A stretch of 62,961 bases of DNA, the filler included, from Octopus bimaculoides (Eukaryota), in assembly GCF_001194135.2 (NCBI RefSeq). It is 3 parts of 3 records of this genome, joined end to end, with 100 filler letters (N's around TTAATTAATTAA, not from the genome) between each part and the next. Parts side by side here need not be neighbours in the genome. Positions count along the whole stretch, not along the records: positions 38,540 to 62,961 come from NC_069003.1; 2 more parts are not named here. One strand, 5' to 3'. This document shows, in pieces, positions 53,361-62,961 of this stretch. A model generated the notes under the pieces. That model did no database searches. It saw nothing but the letters and a program-made list of their open reading frames with translations, and was not told the DNA's origin. Both the position numbers and the translations under genes were made by a program. Positions within the stretch are counted from its first letter, which is position 1; each line of letters starts with the position of its first letter.

Positions 53361-53859
53361 GGTATATTTAGCCATATGTATATGTGTGTATGTGTGTTTG
53401 TACAAACGTTTTGCCACTGTAATAACGAGTAATAAATAGGCGGAAATAAAGAGATAATTAAGGTTAGAAATGTCATCGAAATATGAGATTCGTAATGATA
53501 ATAAGTCTGCAATATCACATTTATTTCATCAAAAGTATGCCTAATCAAGGAAATAAATTAGAGTGTAGCTATCAGTGTGTGTGTGTATGTATGTGTGGCC
53601 AACACCGTTGGTAATCAGTGTATGTACGTCACACTATTTCCTATATGTGTGATTGTAGGACATGACATATATATAATACAAATGTTGTATAATATAAATT
53701 TCAAATATGTTATAATTTAGCTCAGTTAAATTACTCCAAATAATTCTCACATGTTAACATAAAATATTAATCTAAAAAGCATTTAAATGACAAAAGAAAA
53801 ATGTAACACGATACAATTCATAAATTGTATAAGCCAAGAAAAAAAGATTTTTTTAAATG

Positions 53860-54360
53860 TTTTATCGCGGTCATTTATTACTTGAGTAACTATTTCACTT
53901 GACACCGCCCACCATAATTCAGCGACAGAAACTTGACTTCAGCATCGAAATTCTGTGAGTGTTGTTTTTAAAAAAATCTCTCTCCGCTCTATATATTTCT
54001 TTAATTTGTTTAAGCGCTATAGAAATTAATTCAAAATATTTCAACGGGCTCTATATTCTCACCAGTGGTAACTGTTAACTTGTTTTTACATAACTTTCTG
54101 TTATGTATTTACCACAGAAGCTTTAAGTTTCTCTCACTAAAAACATTCACACACCCCTTTCGTTTCGTGTCGGGTCTATTACTCACGACTAAAAAAACAT
54201 TTGCAGTTTAAAACACTGTAGTGTATTTTGTCGTTTTTCTTTTATTAATGTTTTCTTTCGTAAAAGTAGGATATTTTGAAATATAATTTTAATTTCCAAT
54301 TGCGGGAGATTTCGTTTGTGTGTGTGTGTGTGTGTGTTACGGTCTACAAATAGGTTTCGG
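53860..54360 (+). promoter_or_regulatory. Candidate promoter/first non-coding exon region of WASHC1
   Basis: Unique CpG-retaining sequence between two CpG-depleted domains; donor-like ct|gtgagt at 53955. Inference only. Confidence 0.3.
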
Positions 54361-54452
54361 GACGTTTAATTGTTCCACAGATTTTCCTTCATGGATAAAC
54401 AACACTCACGCGCAAAGGCATACATATCTACGCATATATATATATATATATA

Positions 54453-54626
54453 TTGATAGAAAAGACAACAAAAGAAAGAAAGAGACCTCGATATTATGTA
54501 AATAGAGGAATTTACCTGTAAAAATATGTGACACTTATTCGGTAGCCATGATAAAACTCCGAGTTTCGGATGCCGGGGTGGGAACCCACGCCAACATCTC
54601 TTCAGTTATCTGGCCATTGAAAATTC
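54453..54626 (-). mobile_element. 174-bp HHR-bearing unit inserted in (TA)n
   Basis: (TA)n on both sides; HHR at its 5' end; 3' end ggtctcttt plus a pyrimidine run. Confidence 0.65.
54543..54616 (-). ncRNA. Type I hammerhead ribozyme
   Basis: uggccagauaa CUGAAGA gauguugg-c-guggg-uu-cccac-c-ccggcauc c GAAA cucggag U U uuauc-a-uggcua. 11-bp stem I with one bulge, long stem II, ACUC/GAGU stem III, GUU triplet. Confidence 0.8.
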
Positions 54627-54665
<39 letters not shown>

Positions 54666-55580
54666 AAATAGATGTCGAGCCCATGGAGAGTCTTTTACGG
54701 TGGTCGTTCGATTTGGTAGAAATAGCTGCCGAATTTTTTCTTAACATCGTTTTAAGAATATAATACATTAGATGATGTGATCCCAAGTACATTGTGTTTA
54801 AAAAACAAAAATGACGAAATGGCTGTAGATGGGATGTGTTTTGTTCAGAGCTGACTTGGCTAAGATAAAGATAATGCGTACTTATATACGTAGAGATACA
54901 TACATCTGTATAAATGTGTATATAACAAGTGCCAGTGCACGAAACTCTCGGCCTTTAAGTCTTAAGTTATTAATTATTCATACATACACATGTAATTTCC
55001 ATTTTCTTTCTCTCGTGTATTTATAAATTCTATGTAAACAGAAGGGCTCCTGAAGTAAATCCAGTGTAATATACCTCCGAACTGTTGTTGACATCAGGTA
55101 ACCGAATGCTGCAGATAGGCTTTTAACAGCATACTACAAGGTGTATACTCGAATATAAAATATTACCCCCCTCTCTCTCTCTATATATATATATATATTT
55201 ATTTATATATACCCAAGGCTTGGTCTCCATGCTGTCTGTCCTCTACAAAAGTCATGTCCACATTACATCTCAACAAGAAGCATTTAACCTCAACTGGCCC
55301 TGCTCTGTTCATCATCATACCAAGACACATGAGATAAGAAAAAGGTCCCTTAATATTTAAATGGTTCCTGGACAATTATCTCTAACAAATTCCAAATAAA
55401 CCCCCCACCCCCCAGATATATCTCTGCAAACAACAACTTTTTACTTGAGTGGGCTATGGTGCCCAAAGAATGACTGTGATATGAAACGTCATTAAATGTC
55501 TTTTCCAGGTGGTGCTATTAAGTTAGACATGGTCTGGGCCAATACTGGCTGAAACTTATCTAAGTATCAAAGTATGTATG

Positions 55581-55653
<73 letters not shown>

Positions 55654-55719
55654 AGTAGTTCATTTAGTCAAAAAAGAAACACACTCTAATGAAATAATTG
55701 AGTAGCAATATATTTTTTA

Positions 55720-55807
55720 GGAAGTTAAATGTTATGGCCAGTCATAATGATCATTGGTTGTGCAAAACCAATGGTCATTTCATGACTGGCCATAACATTT
55801 AACTTCC
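55720..55807. repeat. 88-nt near-perfect palindrome
   Basis: 26-bp perfect outer stem, 2-nt bulge, 14-bp inner stem (one G-U) and a 6-nt loop. Confidence 0.9.
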
Positions 55808-56164
55808 AAACATACACTCCATGTTTTGAGTTCTATTTTCCTGTTTGTATCACCAAATCATATATGAGGTCTGCAATGCTGACTGGTCTGGTTAGAGGTG
55901 CAACCTTCCAACTTCTTTTACAGTGCTTTGAAAATCTGAAGGACTGCTGCAATAAGTGTGTGAATCTAAGAGGGGAATATGTTGAATAAAATCATAATTA
56001 ACTGATCCTCTTGTATTTTCTTTTACCCAAAGCCAAGAACTTTTCAGCACCCTCTTGTATATGATCTCAGAATATGGCAAGAATATATTTCCAAACAAAA
56101 GTTCATGGCAATATAATGAACATAATATTATGTAGACAAACTGAATATTGATTTCAAATGTTGG

Positions 56165-56345
56165 CACAAGGCTAGCAATTCCGGTGGAGGAGGTAAGCCA
56201 ATTACATTGACCCCAGTGTCCAACCTCAAAAGGATGAAAGGCAAAGTCAACCTTGACAGAATTTGAACTCAGAACATAAAGGCGGATGAAATGCCACTAA
56301 GCATTTTGTCCAGCATGCTAACGATTCTGCCAGCTCATCGCATTA
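56165..56345 (-). mobile_element. SINE family B, CpG-decayed
   Basis: Homology to family B; a similar old copy lies at about 57090-57300. Confidence 0.7.
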
Positions 56346-56622
56346 GATGAATATTAATAACTCGTGCTATATACACAAAGAGGCAATGTGAAGAGGATTG
56401 TTCTTTCTTTTCATACTTTCTGCAAATGTAACTGAAGGGAAAGACAAAAAGTGTTCTGTTGAAGTCATTAAAACTGTTTACCTATAGATGGACATTTCAA
56501 TTACCAAAGCTCATGTAAGTGACGCTATGAACCACAAGGGGATACTTTGATATTCTTGCATTCATCCCAAAAGTCCTCTCTCTCTTTTACTAAGTCAATT
56601 AACTGGCTAGAAATAGCTACTA

Positions 56623-56856
56623 AAAGGTGGCGAGCTGGCAGAAACGTTAGCACGCCGGACGAAATGCTTAGCGGTATCTTGTCTGCCGCTACGTTCTGAG
56701 TTCAAATTCCGCTGAGGTCGACTTTGCCTTTCATCCTTTCGGGGTCGATTAAATAAGTACCAGTTACGCACTGGGGTCGATATAATCGACTTAATCCATT
56801 TGTCTGTCCTTGTTTGTCCCTTCTGTGTATATCCCCTTGTGGGCAGTAAAGAAATC
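56623..56856 (+). mobile_element. Young SINE family B (alternative tail)
   Basis: 14-bp TSD agaaatagctacta at 56609-56622 and 56857-56870; CpGs largely intact. Confidence 0.9.
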
Positions 56857-57296
56857 AGAAATAGCTACTAATTCAATTCTCTCTCAAACACTCTCCTCTG
56901 TTACTGTCTTAATGAAGGTCATGTTATGTCATGTAATTTCAAGTGCATTGTGTCCAGGGAAAACCTGGGGATGGTCATAGCTTGAATGCCTTTGGTCATA
57001 AGCTTGCTTCATCAGCATTGATGAAAGTTAAACTCTAACATCAATGAAAACAAGCAAAATAATTTGGAAGGAGAATGTTTATTATGATAATTCTTTCTAG
57101 GCCAGGAATTTTGTGGGGAGTGGGATAATCAATTACATCTACCTCCTGTGCTTAACTGATGCTGATTTCATTGACTTACATAAAAGTACATAAGACAAAA
57201 TTGACCTTGGTGGAATTTGAACTCAGAACATAAAACTGGAAGAAATGCCACTCAGCATTTTGTTCAGTGTGTCAATGATTCTGCCTGCTTGCTGCC

Positions 57297-57332
<36 letters not shown>

Positions 57333-57659
57333 TAATATAATAATAATAACAGTAATGGTTTCAAATTTTGGCACAAGTCCAGCAATTTTCATGGAGGTGT
57401 TTACTCTGTTACATAGACTCCAGTACTGACTGGTTCATTATTTTATTGACTTTCAAAAGGATGAAAGGCAAAGTTGACCATGAGATGATTTCTAATCTGG
57501 ATGTGAAGGACCAGAACAAAAGTTGCATGGCATTTTTTTCCCATCATTCTTAACAATTCAGCAATTTGGGTGAAGGATGTAAATCGATTACATCGACCCC
57601 AGTGTTCAACTGGTATTTATTTTATAGACTCCTGAAAAGATGTACATCCAAACGTGGGG

Positions 57660-58050
57660 TGTAACCGGCCCACTTATGAGTACCCCTCATTCATTAGACA
57701 ATGAACTTTGCTTGTGAAGACCTATTGAGGCAAGTGTAAGCAAATCAAAATTGCTGACTTGGCCAATGACAGTACCACCTGACTGGCACTTGTGCCAGTG
57801 AAACATTAAAAGCACATCTGAGCATGATCGTTGCCAGGGCCACGGATTGGCTCCCATGCCAGTGACACGTGAAAAGCACCATTCGAGTGTGATTGTTGCC
57901 AGCGTTGCTTTACCAGCACTTGCTGGTGGCACATGAAAAACAACATTCGAGCATGGTCGTTGCCAGTGCCACCGGACTGGTTCCCGTGCAGGTAGCATGT
58001 AAAGACACTTTTTGAGTGTTGCCAGAACCGCCTGACTGGCCCTCGTGCTG
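57660..58050 (+). mobile_element. RTE 3' UTR-related segment with internal tandem subunits
   Basis: Repeated aaaagcac(c)attcgag..(g)tcgttgccag units resembling 46070-46210. Confidence 0.55.
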
Positions 58051-58082
58051 GTTGCAATAATAATAATTATTATTATTATTAT

Positions 58083-58390
58083 TCAAGTCACTGCCTGGAA
58101 TCGAACTCGGAATTTTGGGTTAGTAGCCCACGCTCTTAACCACTACGCCATATACCAAGAGTGCGGGCTATTAACCCCAAGATTCTAAGTTCGATTCCAG
58201 GCAGTAACTTGAATAATAATAATATCGAAAAATACCTTAGGAATGAGAACCCAGGTTTGAAATTTCCCCAAGGCACCAGATGAAGGCTGGAGGGTATATC
58301 AGCCGAAACGTGTTAACAAACAAGATAAGGACAAGTATCCGTCAAATATAAATAATGTACATAATTCCTCATCTCTTAAATATAGAACTG
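58083..58390 (+). mobile_element. SINE family C copy with inverted duplicated tRNA head and degenerate HHR
   Basis: Minus-strand head 58083-58150 faces a truncated plus-strand head from 58157; body matches 56-310. HHR at about 58273-58314 has CAGAUGA and a short deletion after GAAACG. Confidence 0.8.
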
Positions 58391-58963
58391 CACAGAAATG
58401 GGTATCTTGCTGTAGAGGAGATGCATGGTTACCTCAGTTGGAAAATACAGAGGAGAGAGGAAAGATATTGGTATCTCCTGTCAATTGTTGGGACTGTGAC
58501 TGTTCATGGCTTTGGTATGTCTTGATAAGCTTTCTCCCTACTGGTTGCTTTTCTGCTTTGGTTTGCCATTTATTATGATGAATTCCTTTCCATTTCATAT
58601 TCCTCTTTGCAGTATCTTTGAAGTTTAGGTCTTCCCTGGTTTCTTTTCCCTTTACATAGTTGGGAGTAAAAGACTTATCTGCAGAGTCTACTGCTGTCCA
58701 TCCTTTGTATGTGACCTAACCAACATTTCTATCAATGAAGATTTCCATCATAGAAGGCAGGCCAGCATGCTGTAGGATGAACTAAAGAAAGATAAAATAA
58801 TATATTTAAAAAGAAATATTTAACGAGGAAATTGTTTTAATTATCCAATAATTTTTTTTCATTTCAGATGAACTGAGAGAACCACTGTTGCCTATTTTCC
58901 AGTTCCAACTTCAACAAATTGACAAATGACATTTACCTCACCGATGTGACATAGTTAGCCAAT

Positions 58964-59484
58964 ATGTCTAACCAGATATATAACATTCCGACAATCCCTC
59001 CTGATTTGTGGCAGGAAGATACCATCATTCAAATTGCTGACACATTGCAGTACCTGTATCAAGTGACTGATGATATTTTCGACCGCATCAGCAACAAAGT
59101 CAACGAGAACCTTCAGCGTCTGGCCAAAGTAAACGACCGGGTTGGCATAGCGCAAGCCAAAGTCGAGAAGCTGAAGGGCAGCAACAAAGCGACCAGGGTG
59201 TTTGCTTCTGCCAAGTTTCCTTCCACTGAATACCTCGATGAATACAACAGCTTGTTCCGAGATAAACAGAATCTAAAAAGCCTGAAGAAAACACACTCAA
59301 AGCTGCAGGGACACAAACACACTACGGTCGATGAGAAAGTGCTCAAAGAGAAATTACAGTTCTACAATGTTCACATTAATTTGAAAAGTAAACAGCGTGA
59401 AGGTGAGGGAGAAGGACTTGGTCGACTGCCCCACAACATTCCATCTATATCAACTCTGCTGCTCTTTAATACTTCTGAAAATCT
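58964..59484 (+). CDS. WASHC1: WASH complex subunit 1, first coding exon (WAHD domain)
   Basis: MSNQIYNIPTIPPDLWQEDTIIQIADTLQYL...ATRVFASAKFP...LLLFNTSENL matches the WASH1 N-terminus; acceptor tttcag|58868, donor CT|gtaagt. Confidence 0.95.
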
Positions 59485-59548
59485 GTAAGTTATTGTTTTA
59501 TGTTGTTATTGTTTATGTTGTAGAGATGCAGTAACTCAGTGGTTATCC

Positions 59549-59765
59549 TCATCATCATTTAACATGTCTGTTTTCCATGCTGCCATGGTTTGGAGGGTTT
59601 GACAGGAGCCGATCAGCTGAAGAGGTGCCCAAGCTCCAGTTGTCTATTTTGGCATGGTTTCTATGGCTGGAATCCCTTTCTAATGCCAACCACTTTACAG
59701 AGGGTATTGGGTGCTTTTAAACAGCACTGGCTTGAGTGCATTTATATGTCACCAGTATGGGTGCT
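59549..59765 (-). mobile_element. Old RTE 3' end in WASHC1 intron
   Basis: (CAT)n then homology to 39828-39980. Confidence 0.7.
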
Positions 59766-59893
59766 CGGTACGGGGAATTTATTTTAATAGTTGTCAGAGG
59801 AAGAGAGTGACTGCATGTGATCATTTTAGTATGCATCTGCTATGTTTTTATTGGAGCCTTTGACCCTTTTTTGGTAGGGCCTATGTGTTTATT

Positions 59894-60190
59894 TAGCAAA
59901 GCTTCTGTGACTTTTTTAAGCAAGGACTCTAATCTTTTTAATAGCAAGGCCTCCATGACCTTTTAGCAAGAGTTCCATGAGCTTTTTAGTGAGCTCTCTG
60001 TAACGTTTTTTGCAAGGCTTCCAGTGATGTTTCAATAAAGCTCCAGTAACTTTTTAGAAGTGTCACCATGACCATTTTAGCAAGACCTTTCTGACCTTTT
60101 TAGCTAAATCTCTGTGACCTTTTAAGTAAGGCATTTTTTTGCAAAGCTTCTGTAACATTTTGAACAAGGCCACTGTGACGTTTTATCAGA
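59894..60190. repeat. Degenerate minisatellite, unit about 22 bp (gcaaggcctccatgacctttta)
   Basis: Roughly a dozen diverged copies. Confidence 0.65.
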
Positions 60191-60666
60191 GCCTTATTAA
60201 GGTTTGTACTGCGACTGTCAGTAGAAATGGAGGGAAGAAACCCCAACAAGTTGCTACATCTAAAAAGCAGTGCATTAAAGTACTGAGTTCTCTTCAAGCA
60301 CAGCTGTGAAGTTAAGGAATCCTCTTCGAAACCACATGCTTTCAGGTTCAGTCCCACTGCATGGCACCACAATTCAACACCATGCGATTTGGTGTTTAGT
60401 CCCACTATGTGGTACCTTGTGCAAGGGTCTTCTTCTATAGCTCCCAGCTTTTGAGGCAGTACTTTCTGAGTGAAGGCTTCGTCTCGAGTAAGGGAGATTA
60501 CTCTACTTGTAACTTGTATCAGCTTAACTCCCCTTGAAATTTTTAATACCATAGTTGTTGAAAAGTCCTTTGAGTTGCTCTGTTTTTGCCCAACTTCTGT
60601 AGTAAACCTCTTGTTTCTCACTCTCAGTTTTTTTTATAGATATAGTGTATCTAGAACTGCATTATC

Positions 60667-60877
60667 TACAAGGATTACACTATCCAATGTGTCTTTGATA
60701 TAGTATATCTTAGACTACATTATCCAATGTGTCCTTCAGATTTAATATATCTAGGACTACACTATTCAATGTGTCCTTTAGACCTAGTATATCTAGGACT
60801 ACACTATCCAGCGTGTCCTTCAGACATAGTATATCTCGGACTGCACTATCCAATGTCTTTTAGACATAGCATATCAA
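60667..60877. repeat. 42-bp minisatellite (ctaggactacactatccaatgtgtccttcagacatagtatat)
   Basis: About 5 copies visible. Confidence 0.8.
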
Positions 60878-61137
60878 AGACTACAGCATGGAAAGCGGAC
60901 ATTAAATGTTGATGATGATGATGATACACCAGACTGACTTCTACTCTATTATTCATTCTCCATACTACCATACCTTCGTATGTTCATATCCTCAAGGCTG
61001 TTTTGTACTGCACTTAGTAGTCTTTTCCTTACCTTCCCACCTTACTAACACAAGTTCTCCTTTCTCACTCATTGTCACCACCACATATTGCTCGCTCTGT
61101 AAGTCACAAAAGCGGCAGACCGTTTCCTTGATTGCAG

Positions 61138-61357
61138 ATGTGAGGGGGTGCTGAAAAGTTCCTGGCTTCTGGGTAAAAGAAAATACAAGTGGATCAGTTA
61201 TGATTTTATTCAACATGTTCCCCTCTCAGATTCACACACTTCTTGCAGCAGTCCTTCGGTTTTTCTGAGCCCTATAAAAGAACTCGGAAGGTTGAGCCTC
61301 CAACTAGACCTTTCATGATACCCTTAAAGCCAAGAACTTCTCAGCACCCTCTTGTAT
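61138..61357. mobile_element. mariner-derived MITE
   Basis: TIRs gagggggtgctgaaaagttcctggct and agccaagaacttctcagcaccctc. Confidence 0.8.
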
Positions 61358-61390
61358 ATCAACTATAAAAATTAGGGTAATCATAATTAA

Positions 61391-61611
61391 CCCTTTAGTG
61401 TTTGCATTATTCTGCCAAAATTAATGCGTTTTTATCCACATTGTTTTGAACTAATCATGCATTATCTTGTAGCTATGAGATTTTGATGAGGTAGCTGTTA
61501 ATTTTAAAAACGATATTGTAGGGCTGGTGTGAGAGATCAGATCTGGCCAGTTTGAACATAAAACAGGCAGAATACTTTTGGCCGGATATGGCCGGTTTAA
61601 ATGCTAAAGGG
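61391..61611. mobile_element. piggyBac-type MITE
   Basis: TTAA|cccttta ... taaaggg|TTAA at 61387-61390 and 61612-61615. Confidence 0.85.
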
Positions 61612-61683
61612 TTAATTTTAATGACTATGATGACTATAATAGATATGTATTGATCGACACCTTCACTGTTTCCAACTTTGCAG

Positions 61684-61892
61684 TTACAAGAAATATGTGA
61701 TGCTTGATCCTCTGGGAGTGGTGACAAAGACACGCGAAGATATTGGAGAGGAGGATGGTCTGACTGAAGCTCCAAGCAGTATTGCCAAAAATGAGGAGAT
61801 TAAACGATTGGAAGCTGACACTTATTTCTACGTCCCCAGTATTGGCAATGTTCCAGAAATTACTGCCCCAACTTCCTTACCTGATTTACCAG
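61684..61892 (+). CDS. WASHC1: WASH complex subunit 1, second coding exon
   Basis: cag|T TAC AAG AAA: [12 protein letters not shown]...[24 protein letters not shown]; phase matches the previous exon; donor G|gtcagt. Confidence 0.95.
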
Positions 61893-62112
61893 GTCAGTAT
61901 TAGAAACCATTTACAACATCCATGATTATGTTCTAGCAGAAAGACTGCCCTCCGGGTGGTTTTCTGCTAGTCATTTGATAATATTTTCACATTTGATTCC
62001 CAATTCTAATAATTTTTATGATTTTTACGTCTAATTATTTCTTTGTATAATAATGCTCACTTGCTCAGTAAATATTGCTTTGATTATTTTATCATAGTCA
62101 TAGTCTCTCTTG

Positions 62113-62660
62113 TCTAGAACAGCTGTTTTCCATGCTGGCATGGGTTGGACTGTTTGACTAGACCTGGCAAGCTGCACCAGGTTCCAGTCTGGTTTGGCTT
62201 GGTTTCTATGGCTGGATGCCCTTCCTAATGCCAACCACTTTACAGTATGTGCTGGGTGCTTTTAATGTGTCACTGGCACCGGGCTCTTGTAGACCAATCT
62301 TCATCAGGAGGAGTGGCATTGTGTGTGCAATATTCTCAGTATTTCTGCCAGTAGCAAAAAAAGAACAAATTTCAGAAACACACACCAGTAAAAAGCATCC
62401 AGTCCACACTGTAAAGTGGTTGGCACTTGGAAGGGCATCCAGCTGTAAAAACCATGCCAAAACTAACCTTGCCTGTGCTGGTACCATGTTAAAATCACCG
62501 AGTCCACTCTGCAGAGTGGTTGGTGTTAGGAAGGGCATCCAGCTGTAAAAAACCTGCCAAAGCAGACACAGTAACGTGGAGTAGTCTTCTACTTGGCCGG
62601 CTCCTGTCAACCGTCCTACCCATGCATGCATGGAAGATGAATGTTAAATGATGATGATGA
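62113..62660. mobile_element. Two RTE 3' ends in inverted orientation (about 62113-62282 antisense, 62390-62660 sense)
   Basis: Both contain the ggaagggcatccagc motif, on opposite strands. Confidence 0.75.
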
Positions 62661-62833
62661 CATCACATTTACTTCTATAAAAAAAACAATTCTTGGCTCT
62701 TTACAGTGTAAAACTATCATTTACATTTTGAAATGTACTTCCTTTCATTCTTAGATTGTGCATTAAGATTCTTTCATACAGTCAAATGTATTACTATGTC
62801 TCACCTAGAATTTTCTTTTTCCTCTCTTTGTAG

Positions 62834-62961
62834 GTGTTGCTGATGATGTCTCCTACATGGCTGATTTGGGCCCTTCTATTGCTCCCTCCGTACCCAGTAG
62901 CATGCCTGACCTGCCCACCATTGGGGAGTCTGATAGCCTTGACTTTGACAAGCCTTCGCTG
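62834..62961 (+). CDS. WASHC1: WASH complex subunit 1, third coding exon (runs off the window)
   Basis: tttgtag|GT GTT GCT: GVADDVSYMADLGPSIAPSVPSSMPDLPTI matches WASH1 GIANDLMYSADLGPGIAPS; phase consistent. Confidence 0.95.
   Translation, partial: MLLMMSPTWLIWALLLLPPYPVACLTCPPLGSLIALTLTSLR

Overview
Repeat-saturated, gapped animal genomic DNA. The AT-rich sequence, dense (CA)/(TA)/(AAT) microsatellites and tRNA-SINE families suggest an octopus; that is an inference from recall, not a search result. The only gene I can name is WASH complex subunit 1 (WASHC1/WASH1): three consecutive + strand coding exons (58964-59484, 61684-61892, 62834 to window end) that splice in frame. An orphan terminal exon encoding a transmembrane helix lies at 42030-42160. 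The rest is mobile DNA: several tRNA-derived SINE families, RTE and R4/Dong LINE fragments, two Penelope-like (GIY-YIG) relics, Tc1/mariner elements (DD34D, DD41D, Tigger relic), and MITEs with exact target-site duplications, one of them carrying telomeric repeats. The main finding is five hammerhead-ribozyme (HHR) motifs, folded by eye, most of the minimal type with a palindromic stem III typical of Penelope-like elements. Two sit in a tRNA-headed SINE (one copy bounded by an 8-bp TSD, the other with an inverted 5' duplication). Two sit in short units inserted into (TA)n that share a 3' motif. One lies downstream of a Penelope ORF. Together they suggest a Penelope-driven system of non-autonomous ribozyme retroelements. 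Most ORFs in the supplied track are microsatellite or gap artefacts.
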